A stretch of DNA of 64,000 nucleotides, taken from the NCBI GenBank assembly GCA_973895155.1, contig OZ316893.1, positions 25,842,798 to 25,906,797 of the forward strand, read 5' to 3'. A program made the translations under genes and the position numbers. Under the pieces are notes generated by a model that saw only the letters and a program-made list of their open reading frames with translations, ran no database searches and was not told the origin of the DNA. The DNA is from Marsupella aquatica. Its lineage: Eukaryota > Plantae > Marchantiophyta. Each line of letters opens with the position of its first letter. The stretch's first letter is position 1. Shown piece by piece: positions 11,814-24,089 of the stretch.

Positions 11814-14345
11814 TATAGGTGTAAATTGGCCAGTAATAATTTTGAAAAATACTTGATTATGCTAGTAGTGAATATGAACAGGCATAGGGAGTCTGGGTAG
11901 AGGTTACACAAAGATACTCTAGCTAGTAAATAAGCGTGGTAGAAATTCATAGGTCCCTATATATGGGAATCTACCGTGAACTGAACCCACGAGGGACACT
12001 TACCATCATGCCGGTGAATCAATCACTGGAAGAATGTGCACTAGTATTGTTGACAAAGTGGAAGTGTTGGAAGGACCTTTGGCTTTATTTCTATACCCCC
12101 TCCCAAGACAGGAGAAAAAGGAAATGAAGAAAGCAAAATTCTTGTGCACCAGGCAGACTGAGAAGTGAGTACCTTTATTCAAAATTTAACAAAAAATACA
12201 TCATGGCCACTAGTCTTTGTGGAATGACACTGCGATGGACTTCTGAGCATCAAGGATCACTCACAAAAGGATCACTCACAAAGAATTTGATGGATTGATG
12301 GCACTTTCCTATAAAGGAAAATGAAATTCACTTAAAATGATGAACCAACACAAACTTGACGTGCATCCAGAAATTGACACAAAATAGAATGCTCAGTGAA
12401 GGAATGATAGATGGAGCAACAGGCAGACAGATGGATAGTGCAATGAAGGTCAGTCTTTGGGAGGGGGTAACTGCTAAGATGGGTCATGTCAGCAGAAGAT
12501 CGTGACCCCGGGGACAGGTTGATGGGTCTGTGCTTTGATATCCAGCCAATAGGCAAACCAATAGGGGGTCTCAAATGTGGCCCACTGGCACTCACATTGC
12601 AGTTAGGGTGGAGGTTCAGAAGGACGCGGCCAAAAAGTGTGCGACACTCCCTGAACCTACCCTGCACACTTGTGTTGCCCTCCCTCCCCCCGCCCCCCAT
12701 GGCCTGGCTGTCACAGGACCAGAAAAAATGAGCTCAAAAGGTTTATGCACCAGTTAAGAACTCACCCATAGGCACATCACTGTCCCTATCCCATGCAAGA
12801 GCAAAACGGGTATATATTAGGGCGTCTCAGGCCTTGTGTGTCTACCTCTGGTCGAAGTGAGCAATGAATTCCAGAGGAAAAAGTGGTGGACACCAAAATC
12901 AGTGTCGACCGCACACTCCTGACCCATGACCAAAACTGATGGTTTAGGGCATCATGTTTTTCCCGCAGCTTCAAAGTTTTTTAGGCCCTATTAGGCATGC
13001 CGCAAACCTTAGGTCTGCAAAAAGAATCTTGCCCAAAATGACCAGTTTTGGTCTGCGATCACAAGTGTGCGGACAAGCTACTTTGTGTCCGCCACTACTT
13101 TGTGTCTTTCACTTTAGTTCTAGTAAAGGACCATGACCAGAGGCCATACTCAGAGAGTTGAGACTCCCTAATGGTTCATATCAAGGCGGACCTTGGGCGA
13201 AAGTGGGGGCCAAAAACCGTTTACGAAAGACTTGATCAAAGGAGGGGGACGGAATCATGGTTTCTATCCTTCTTCTACTGTAGTTCTACTTCAAAATTTA
13301 CGCTTAAATTACGTCACATTTAAGAAAGTAGAGAAGGAATGCTTGTCTGTCTGCTTGGGAGGGAGGCGGCGCGAGAGTTGGGCTACCGTAGCTCGGCCTG
13401 GGCCTGGCTATGGCTGGCTTCAGGATTTCTACGGTACAGTGGTACTAGTAAGTAGCATCCAACGAGAAATTTTTGGGAAGCGCGAGAGTTGGGTTGGGCG
13501 GGCCGTCGGGAATGCACAGCTCGGCGGCGGACGCTATGGCATGGCAACCCAAAGAGAGTAAAGGAGGATAAAGAGGGCGCGAGAGGCTGGAGAGAGACTA
13601 CTCGCTGACGAAGAACTGGAGAACATCTGCAGGGATTGTGTTCAGGGAGGACGCTTGTCTTGTATCACAGGAGTGGACCCAGGTGTTCTCGAAACAGTAG
13701 TGTGGAGTTGAGTGTTCAGGAGAGTTGTATCTCTCGTCAGCTCACGAAGAGCAGGATAGGATTTTTACTCACAACGGGTGCAAGCTCTTCGAGTTGTTTT
13801 GTCTCGTCAGTTCGCGAAGAGCAGGATAGAATTTCACTCAGAACGGGTCTAAGCTCTTCGAAAGCGGTGGCATTGGACTTTGGGCACGGGCGGTGGATTC
13901 GAAGCGGCACACTGGTTGTCCGGTGATAGGATCGTTGTCTTGAGGAGGGTGGTGATCATTCATTGTCTGTAACTTTCGAGAGCAGCACCCGCAGCTGTAC
14001 ATCTTGTCAAGCTGACTGCAGGTAGTCTGGCTTAAAGGAAGATTAGTTTGGGAAGCGCGGCAGCTGGTATCTGAGATTTCCCGAGAAGTGTGGGGTTAAT
14101 TGTGGAATGCCATGCACATGCTCCTTGAACGAGAATCGGCCTCACAGAATCTCGTCACGTCACTGGAATGACGATGCGGGCTTCGTTTAGCCTGTCGTCC
14201 GTCTTGAATATCTTCAGCGAAGGTATTTAGATCGCCTGTGAATGCTCCGGATTGTTAAGGAAGCGGTGACAACGATTCCGCTGATCATATACTTTTCCAT
14301 CCCGACGTGCAAGGCTACCAGCGCTACTGCAGTTGCTGCACAATC

Positions 14346-14978
14346 ATGTCCCGCCCTTGTTCCTTCCCGTCTGTTACGTCCCTCTTCGTTGCCTGGTTCT
14401 GTGCATCATATCTGCAGCTCCCTATTGCACACTCGAGGTCGATTGATGTCTTCAAGGTTCAGCACAGCATTGCTATTTCTGGTAAACATGCTTTGAGCTC
14501 ATTCTCGACCGACCCCGCAGTAGCTGGTGTCGATGACATTCAACGAGCCCGAGTAATGTCTGAGATCATACTTAACAGAAGACTTCACATGCCCCTGCGC
14601 TCTCGTTCATCTGTCATCCCCAAGTTCGTGAGTAATCGCGGGAGGAAAATGCTGTTCGGTGCTCGTGGTTGTGCCTCTCAGGATTTAACTCTAATTCAGG
14701 GACCTGTGAGTTCGACGAGTGGGATCCCGACCTTCAGCGTGCAAATCATCAACTTATGTGGGAACTGTGCTCTTGGGGCAATTCACGTAGCGTGCGGAAA
14801 CTGGGCTTCAGCAACGCCGGTAGATCCATACATTTTCACTCGTTTGTCATACAATGACTGTCTGGTTAACAACGGTAAGCCCTTAATGAGCCAGGGAAGC
14901 ATTTCGTTCCAGTATTCTAATTCTGCCATGTATCCAATGAGCATTGTATCGGCCAATAACGAATGCAATAATCCATAG
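14346..14978 (+). CDS. TAPETUM DETERMINANT 1-like (TPD1-family) secreted cysteine-rich protein, 210 aa
   Basis: First ATG is at 14346, followed by a signal-peptide-like N-terminus and a basic RKML motif. The TPD1 domain reads CASQDLTLIQG...GIPTFSVQIINLC...IHVACGNWASATPVDPYIFTRLSYNDCLVNNGKPL...ISFQYSN. Confidence 0.88.
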   Translation: MSRPCSFPSVTSLFVAWFCASYLQLPIAHSRSIDVFKVQHSIAISGKHALSSFSTDPAVAGVDDIQRARVMSEIILNRRLHMPLRSRSSVIPKFVSNRGRKMLFGARGCASQDLTLIQGPVSSTSGIPTFSVQIINLCGNCALGAIHVACGNWASATPVDPYIFTRLSYNDCLVNNGKPLMSQGSISFQYSNSAMYPMSIVSANNECNNP

Positions 14979-15559
14979 AAACGATTTTGGTCGAGCCCCC
15001 GGTTAAGTTCCTGGAGCCAGCTAGACAGTGTACAGAAATCTCGCTACCGTAGCAGTGGTGCAGGTTCGCTTGTGCCTTAGTTTTAGATATTGCTCGCCCC
15101 GAGGCTTAACCGGCATTGGGCTCGAAACATCTGAAAGTGAGCCATCACTCACTCACATACACAATTTTGACGGAATGAAGCTGGTAGATTAGCGTGTACT
15201 TAACATTCTTGGAACACTGGCAGAACATGGCCATAACGTAGGTTCAGACAGTTTGAGAGCTAAGCGGATGTAAGAGTCCACATGGTCTGACGGAATCTCG
15301 CGATATCTTTTGGAGGATTTGAGATCAATAAAGGTGTTTACGGGCTACGTCCCACGACTCGACTGGGACCTAGTTCTTAGATCAAGGCATTGTAGGCGAA
15401 GGCAGCGGATTATCCACCCAGGACAAGTGGGTATCCTTGTACTATCATTTTTCCTGAATGAGAAGCTAAACTCTGGCTTTCAATTTTTATCTCCAATAAA
15501 GTATACTTTCCACTGATTCTTAGTCTGCGACCGTCGGAGTTTCAACGTCCTGCGCATGG

Positions 15560-16670
15560 AATGTCATTCCGCAAGTGGTTGGTTTTCGATCGTACCATGA
15601 GGATAACATCTTAAGTCGTCATGTCGCTGTGTTCAGTGAAAGCGCAACTATCACGCACATGGAAACAGTTGTATGTCCTGGTCTCATGTGCTCATGCCGA
15701 ATCCTAACTGAAAGGTTCATGTCAGCTCAAGTGACTTGCGTTCGGTCAATGAACTAGCCACTGTTACTCTTGTCGGAATCTCAACGATAGTTTTGGAGAT
15801 GATCAACTACTGTTTGACGTCACGGGTATGGGATTTTCATTCACTCTTTTAGCTTTAGGGTTTATGCAACTGCTGTGCAAACTTTCCGTCAGCCATCACA
15901 TGTATATTTGCTTTGCATCAGATCGACCCAGAACTCTTTTCCAAGGCTTGATACTGCCAATCACGAGCTCAGCTCCAGTGACATGTTTCGTCTGCATAAT
16001 GAATTTTGATGCCCTGCACACTGTAGAGATTTCTTTGCACCGTAATAAGGTATGTAGTTCAGCCAAAGCAGCGGCTTGGAAGTACTAACAATTATAATCT
16101 GTGCACCGACTTGACTAACGTATAGTGAGTGAGCACATGAGCATCGTTGCCAACGTTGAGACCAGATGGCGAGACCAGATGGCGAAGCGGTCGATGGAGA
16201 ACCATCTACTCATGTTGCGTATGTACTGTTCGCAAGCTCTTTCGGAGTTTGAAATGATTTTGATTCCGGATGTGGGAGACTCGGCTATCCAAGCATATTG
16301 GCTATGTCCAGTAGGAACTGCCTGGTCCGCAATAGCAGCTGCTGGTTCAGTGTTGCACTAGGTGGCTGTGATAAGTTACATTTCGCAGAACTGTTGCGGG
16401 CGGTCAAGTGAATTCGAAGAGAAGAGGTGTTGGCGAAGGATTCGAAAACTGGGCAGAGAGAGCGAGCATTACACTGCAACAGAAACGTGGGGAAGGTTCA
16501 CTGCAACAGATACTTGCACTCTTGCTTTATTCTAGTGATACAACGCGAGAGAAATTCGGCGGGCTCATCCACGGGGAATGGGAATATAGTAGCAGTGGGT
16601 CCACAACAGCACAAACAGGTCACTAGCTCTTTCGTCCATGCTCAAAGTTTCGATGTGGAAGTCTAGCCGT
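15560..16670 (+). pseudogene. Decayed coding-like tract, possibly a C-terminal remnant of a TORNADO1-like (LRR-ROC-COR) gene
   Basis: Broken frames contain MILIPDVG...AIAAAG and TREKFGGL. These loosely echo the TRN1 C-terminal motifs MIPDL...AAGA and IAEKFGL. The similarity was judged by eye only. Confidence 0.2.
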
Positions 16671-17299
16671 CGCTGTGTTCGATATCTTGTTAAAATTCAT
16701 TCCAACTCGGAGACCAAGGGACGGAATGCAACCTCGAAACAAGAGAGAATAATGATCAAAGACTAAAATAAAAGTAATCAACAGGAACTGGTGGGCCCAA
16801 TAATCTTTTGCACGTAGTCATGGAAGTTGAACGACTATCACATATCGGGAAAAGTCGTGCCATTTCGGACAGGTTAGTGTGCCTGAGGATATATGGCAGC
16901 AATTGACTGGGGCACGGAAATGCCACCAATACTGCAGAAGTAAGAGTATCTGGTTGTCATCGCTGCGCAAGATACGGGATTGGCTGGTGCGTCGTCGACT
17001 GGAGGTGGTACTTTCAAGCAATACCAACTCAGTCAACTTTACGGTGTTGAAACGCTGTGCCCGAAGACATTTCATGGGACGAGATGATTGATCTGTTTCA
17101 GGAGTTCTGTTAGTCAAGGCTCTGGCAGTCGTCAAGTGTTCAGTGTTCAGCTATTACCAAGTTCCATCAAAGTTCTAGGCTCGTGTTGCAGTGTAAGAGA
17201 TTAATGTGGTGTTGCAATCAGGAAGGCCTACGGAGGCTGGCATCATTGACAAGGCACGCAGTACGTGATGCACTCCTCCTTACAAGCACTAGTCAGGGC

Positions 17300-19790
17300 G
17301 AGAGGTTATCAGTACAAGTGCAGGTTTACGCTGTGTTCTGCGGTGTGCTGCCCTGCGCGCTTGGATCTCTCTCTCGATCGGCATCCACTGACTTCTCTTG
17401 CGGCGCAAGTTGATGCACCGGCTATTTCATTCAGGTAACGATCCAAAACTTTGAGCCTAAGTTTGCAAACCGACAGCAGAGACGACGACTGATTGTGATT
17501 TGAGAGGGCCTGACACTTGCAGGGACGCGAGTCTGCCTCGTCCCGTACCCCCACAGTGCTGATAATGTAATCTCGAGCCCATAACGTGATTCCAAGATTC
17601 GAGCTAGCTGAATTGTTAATTCGCCAAGTTTGATAAATAGTGGGCAGAGAGCCTTGTCCATGTCAATACCTACCTGCCTGCCATGATCACTGCCTGCTCG
17701 CCGTTGAAATTCATACGAGCGACGAGGGTTGACTTCACTCTCTTCTGGACCAGTCTATTGCGTCACACTTTCGTTTGGAGATATCGGTCGTAGTTCAGAT
17801 GGCGCGCGTGGTTGGTTGAGATTTTGCAGACAATTATGATGCTGCTGTTGCCATTCTACAGAAAAGCAATGCCAGAGATGACAGGACCTGAATGAGCCCT
17901 CTTCCCCATGATCATGGTCAAGTGCCCTATCTAGCTCCCTCCCTCAGTCACGTCACACGGGTCTGCTCTTGCACAGACATTAGTCTACCTTGTGTCATCC
18001 ATCCCGTGCGTACCTCACTCGCTCAGTGCTGCACCATGGAGGAAGCTCATTTCCTTGCTGCTCAGTGCTCACGTACCAAGTGGGTACGAAGTACGCAAGA
18101 CCCAGTCTGCAGCAGTGCACTGCAACAGAAATAGAGCACTTACTTTGTGACAGATCTAGTCTTAGAGTCTTTGAATAGATTCACCTACAGTACCCCCTGT
18201 CCCTCCTCAGACATGTACGCTGAGACAAACACGGGGTCTGTACAGATGAGGCCGACAAGTCGAAACTTCAGACTGACTGCCTATGTTTACCATCCCTCGC
18301 TCGTGCCAGTCACGCTCGGCAAACAAGCAGCAATAGTTTTGAAGTAAACAATTCCCCCCTGGCAGATGTACGTCGTATTTCTGTATTCTGGATTCGACAA
18401 CAACAGATCTATGGCCAAAAAGTATGCCTGCTGGGTTAAAGAAGTGATGCATGCGCATTACTCTTTAACGAGACGTATCTACGAGATCTCTCTCTCTTTT
18501 GCAGAACCGATTACCATATTTGCAAAGAAAATGGTTGTAACGAAGAGACATTCAATTCGCTCCAAGCTAGTCTCCTCGAATTTGTCAGGATTTCTCATTG
18601 ATGCCCGTGGACCTGGAAGCACTGCTCGAAAGTTGTCCATGTCTATTCTCAATTGTTCCTGTAGATCGACTGACGCCAGCCACTCAATTATCTTAGAAAT
18701 CCCGATTCGATTCACGCATGCATCTCTACTCATGGCATCAGTTGGTCCAATTTATTCCCACATGGGTACGACTGTGGAGAACTTTCATCCAGTTATAGAT
18801 AAATTTGAAGCAATTCTCAGCACCAGACAAAAGAATGATAGCTAGATCACAAGCAATCCTTACTGACCAGTTGGAACGAAATATAAATGGAAACCCGATC
18901 AAGGACATGAGAGGACGTTTCCCGAAATGTTTCATGGGATGAGAAAATGTGCTCACAGTCTGTCCATATGGTGTCGATCCATTTGCCACCAAACCCCTGC
19001 ATGATATCGCTGTAGAGCCCCCTTTGGTTACATCTCTCAGCATCTCGAGAGCCATTGTTAAACCCCTTGCAGCGAAGGTTCCACACATACATTGAATGTC
19101 TTCTCATTGAGCTCTCAGTCCTCTCCTGGTCAACATTCAATCATAGACGGTCCTGCAATCTTGAGTTTTGTTCATACTGAAAGGGCAGGCAATTTCCCAG
19201 ATAATTTTGGGCAGAGGGCAGATTGTCCCAGATCCCTATATCCAAACAGTCTGAGTACGTACTCAGAGAGGATGTGTAGAAATCTCAGTGAATGTACACA
19301 GGACTCATGGGTCACAAGCGAATTCAGTTAAAGCAATCATTCACAACCACCAGCCGAGGTTGGAGCAATGCTAGATCTTTCGTTCTCGAAAGTCTCATCT
19401 ACGGTATGAATCTGGACTGGGCAGGACCCCTGTCGATAATGTTTAACAGACAGTGCACGATTGTTGTTGGTACTCAACGTTGGAGATGTGAGTCTCTAGT
19501 CAATTCAATTCTCGAATACTACCTGACTGCATCAGTCTGACCAATGCATCGAGGAATCGTCAAATTTTGTCCTGAGTTAATCATATGATTGGAGTCTACA
19601 GAAAGAAGACCCTCAACAAAGATTTTTTCAGAGTACTGACTCTTCGTGCAGATCTGATGAATGCTTTGCAGAACTGGAGCATGTTAAGCATGTTAAACAA
19701 AGGAAGGGTTGGCAACAATTCTTGGAACGGAAAGAGATTGTTATTTTCTCTTCCCTTCACCATGCATTTTCAACAAAATTGCACTTTTTA
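17300..19790 (-). pseudogene. Decayed intronless coding-like sequence of unassigned family
   Basis: Protein-like - strand frames continue across stops, e.g. ORF 18479..18733 reads on as ...EIS*IRLVKE*CACITSLTQQAYFLAIDLLLSNPEY. There is a frameshift near 18735 and an LRR-like segment RFLDALVRLMQSGSIREL near 19530. Confidence 0.3.
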
Positions 19791-22217
19791 GTTGCGCAAG
19801 TTTCTTCAAGGCCGTTTCCCTTTAAAACAAAATAAGAATAAATTGCAACAGTTCATTTCAATAGCTTGTTCTTTGTTTGAGTGGGCAGCTTGCTCTAATT
19901 TTTTTAATGCGACAGTGAATTTGATTGCAACATAAGGCTTGTTCTCTTTGCCTGACTAGGCTGCAGGTTAGGTATCTGTCGATTGAACTCACAAGCTATC
20001 CAGGCAAATCCTAGCATAGTGCATTTGTCTTTCTTTACACATGAAGCACAATTATATTATTTTTGATGATACAATTTTCTGATCCATAGAGCCTAGAACA
20101 ATTTTATATTTACCTGAGATTTGCTACTATGTGATGGTTTTTAGTGTATATATACTAACCAGAATACCCATGAGTAGGCACAAGAACGGCTCCTCTTGCA
20201 AAGATTCCTCATGCTCGCACTTATCTTTACTCTCAAACATGGTTTAAATATCAAAACTTATGTTACAAGAGAAACAATACCTAGTAGATGGAGTATTCAT
20301 GAAAAATAAACTTCTATTGCAAATCATAGTATTGTTATTTTGTCATGTTACTCGAGAAAAACTCCTGGGACGTGATTTAGTCTAACCATGGCAAAGCAGT
20401 AAAGTTTATTACAATATGTGACATAGGTACACAATTTTATTTCTATTGCTATATATCTGACCTTTTATAGTATGGACACCAAATTGCTAAAACCAGCTTG
20501 TTGACTTTTAATGTGTTAGGTCCCAGCATATGTTTAATATATGATAATAGCCAAAACATCATAGCAACCCTATGCCAATTCGCCAGGAATCCTCGGTTAG
20601 GTGGGAGCCAGATAGCCACCGTGCCCCACTGGGCCGCACCTGCATTTGCCAATCTCTTTCTTGTCTGAATTATTATTTTTGGGCAAAGTTTTGTCAAATC
20701 TCCAATTGTCACCTGGTTTTCCAATTGTCACCTTTTACACTTGCCAAAAGTGGCCAGCTGTGGTTTCAACTACCAGAAAATCTGAATTTTTGAGCGCACT
20801 GCCAGAGCAACTTCAGAGACCCTTGATCAAAAGGTCGCAATTGTTGGTTAGGTTTGGCTGGCTTTGTCCCACCAGCTGGAGCTGAGGACTGCTGGCCTCA
20901 GAAGGAAAAGAACATGCTGCACCTCAATGTAGAGGTGCACAAACAGGGGCACAGTGAGGGTTTAAAAAACAGGCTAGCGTGCTGGACCTGCTATACTCAT
21001 TTCCGGCCAGGCCCCACAGCTGAAGGTGGGAGTTCTCTTAGGCCCAACTCACATGAAGAAAGCAGCCCTTAGCACTCACAAAACCCTCGGCAAAAAGCAT
21101 ACCTGGATTGTCAACAGGATTTGCTGCCTTGCAATGTCTACTTTTGTCTTACCATGAAATCAAGTAGTAGGGATGTCGAGGGCAGGACAGTTTCCAGCCC
21201 TTGCCCTTGGGACTCCACTAATATTGCCATCAGTCCTGGCACAGGAGTAAGTTGAGGCATGTAACTCTAGTTCACTCACATAGTGGCATCTGTGAAGTTG
21301 AGGGCTTGAGGACCCTCTACATGGAGGTATTTTGTATAATGCAAGCAAACATGAATTTTGTTAGTGATGAAAAAGTTGCTTTTTGCTGCATTTTATAGAT
21401 TTTGTATTTTTTTATGAATCCAGATGGCTAGCGAGTTCTCTAGGAAAAAGAGGAGTCACAAAAATGTATGTTATCAACCAGGTTCTTGTTAGCTAGGCAA
21501 TTGGAGATAGAAAAATCAGGGGTCATCTAAGGAAATTTTTTGCTCATGCAAGGAATTTTTTTACTGTTTCCTGGCAAGTCATAATGACCCCTCTACATGC
21601 AAGTTGGGTCTTATTAGCTATGGATGTGAAGACCACCCTATTTGTCAGTTTCAACTATGGAGCATACTCGTTTCACCACTCCCAATTGTGACACCCCCAT
21701 GACCCCTTCTCTCTACTCTACTCTGTAATTAATCTCTATAGTGGTGGGTGTGTCCTACTTGTAGCCAAGTAGTACTTCAAGCTTCACAGCCCATTAACTA
21801 CACAGACCAGTGGAGTTCTCCAAAGCCCAGTAGCTCTTGCAATCGTGCAGAGTGCAGAGTGCAGACTCCTCTCCTTTCTCTCGTACCTCAACCAGATTTC
21901 TTCATTTGCAGTGTTGATTATGGCAGAACATGTAACAAGCTCGATCGCAAGTGAGAGAGTGAGTGTGTGAGAGTGATCTAGTATCGGAGAATGAACGAGT
22001 CACGAGAAGAGCTAATGCGTTTGGCTGAATTGCAAATGAGCTCCTGAGCTCGTGAAAGTGGATGAGTGAGAAGTGGATGAGCAAGTGGGTGAATTCTGGT
22101 TTCTGGGAAGATGAGCGATTCACGAAATTCGTTTGGAAACTTTGGAGACCGCTGATCGTTGCCTCAAGAATGTGGAATCCCTAGAAGCTTGAAGCTAAGC
22201 TAAAGGTGAGCTGAGCT

Positions 22218-24089
22218 ATGGTGAGGGGCCTTTCGAAGGCATTGCGACATGCTGCCAAGGATGTACGAAAATTCTCGAGAGGGGATGACGACGACGAAGA
22301 CACATGGAATGGCGTCTATTCCACTAGGTCTCCTAATTCCGAACCTCGCTCGTTTCGGCACGACGTCAAGGAGGCGTGTTGGAGGCAGGCCGCTGTTGTG
22401 AAAGGCCGTGACTCGGAGCGTTGGCGACGGGATGCGCTCGGGAACTTAGTGTTCCGCAAGTTGATCGGCTGCCAAGGCTGCCTGTGCTACAATTACGATC
22501 ATGTGGTTCCCTATTCTAAGGTCTGTTGGCATCCCCTCTTGTCTCTTCTCTTCTCTGCTTTGCTTTGCTCAGCGACCGTGATTTGACCTATAGCTTCTTC
22601 GAAGCTTTCTCTATGTGCATAATTTTCTTGACCTTATCTCATCAAAAAATCAGGAAGGAAAGGAAAAATGGTCAGGTGCTCAGACTGATGGCTGGAAATT
22701 CTGCATCCAGAATTGGGTATAGTAATTAGCAAGGGTATATGCCCATATCATGAGTTTCGGTGTTTCTTTATTGTGCGCGGCATAGCTACTATTGCATTCC
22801 AGAAAGCTATCAGTGTCTAGACGTGTGGTGGTCATATTCCCATCTGAGAATTTTGTCCAGGTATCTCGTATGAAAGATGAACAAACTTTGGAGAAAATTG
22901 GTAGATCTTGTCAATCCAGCTTTTGTGCTCGGCTGGCACAGCTATCATGTCATTCCAGATCATTTTATTGGTCCCAAGTACTAGGTGTCTAAGCTATTAT
23001 CAATTAAGCTTTAAAGTGTCTGACAAATTTTATCCAGATGATTCTAAAAATTGAGAATTTGGACAAAAATTGGTACATCATTTCATGTCAGAAAATTTCC
23101 TCAATCTACCCATTATTATCTGGAGATCTTTCGAGTTTGACAGATTTGAACTTAAGGCCTGTTGTATTTGAACTTACTGCCTGAATTTATTGCAGGGAGG
23201 CAAGAGCACACTCGAGAATTGTCAGGTCTTGCAGGTAAAGCAATGCACGTTGTCACGTACAACAGAGGAATCGTTATTGATTTGACGAAATGAGCTGTTC
23301 AGTTCATAGTCTTAAAGATCGCTTTGAGTGAGTCCTTCGTTTGTGTAATGCAGATGAGTCATTGTGCAAGTTGTAGGTGGAATGACAATTACACGACTGT
23401 CATCTTTTCTAATCATTTAATCTAATTAGCTTTGTCTCGAAGTTGGTCGTATCTCTTCCTTTTCCTGCAGCTTCAAATTGAGATATTTGGGGATACTTAG
23501 TACGCGCTTTAGTTGAAGAACTTTTGGACAATTTTGAGTTTCGAGAAGCATACAGCTTATTACAGTGCCTCTGCAGACAGCTGCAAATTCGGCAAAAGGT
23601 GCCAGAACTTCGGTTTCGACAACAGAATTGATGCAGCGAAGTGCCTATTGCCGTCTTTCAGGTAAAATTACACTAATGCGATAGCTGTAGCTTACTGCCT
23701 TAACCTTTCAAACAAATCTGAACACGAACACAAGGCATTGCATCCTCATTTCCCTTCTGTATCGAATGAGTTCAACAACAAACAACAAGTAGGGAATCGC
23801 TCGGTCTGAAATAAAATCGATTAATGTACTTAGTCGACGTTGTTCTAGAAGCCCTGGCCAATTACGGGGACGATCTAAACGCATTGACCTCTAGTATGAC
23901 TGGATGCAGGCTCTATTAGTGATTGTTATCAAAGGTTTAAAACAAAATCTAAAGGGATGGTGCTCAGTTGATTGATTGATGGGCTTCGTTTATGTGACAG
24001 GTAGGGATATGGATATGATAGAGCTGTCCGCATACGGAGATGTCCATCATGAAAACGATGGTGGATTTTTAGGTTGTAGGATACAATAG
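22218..24089 (+). CDS. Plant HNH endonuclease-domain protein, 171 aa, 4 exons
   Basis: Exons 22218-22520, 23196-23234, 23577-23661 and 24001-24089 are all GT-AG and splice in frame. The product has PRSF...CW...GRD.ERWRRDALGN..FRKL.GC.GCLCY.YDHVVPYSK|GGKSTLENCQVLQ|TAANSAKG...RSAYCRLS|GRDMDMIELSAYGDV...GCRIQ*, matching the Arabidopsis At1g18680/At3g47490-type family. Confidence 0.92.

Noticed and set aside
14482-14520. Possible GT-AG intron in the TPD1-like CDS
   Set aside because: It is only 39 nt, below the usual plant minimum, and the frame is open through it.
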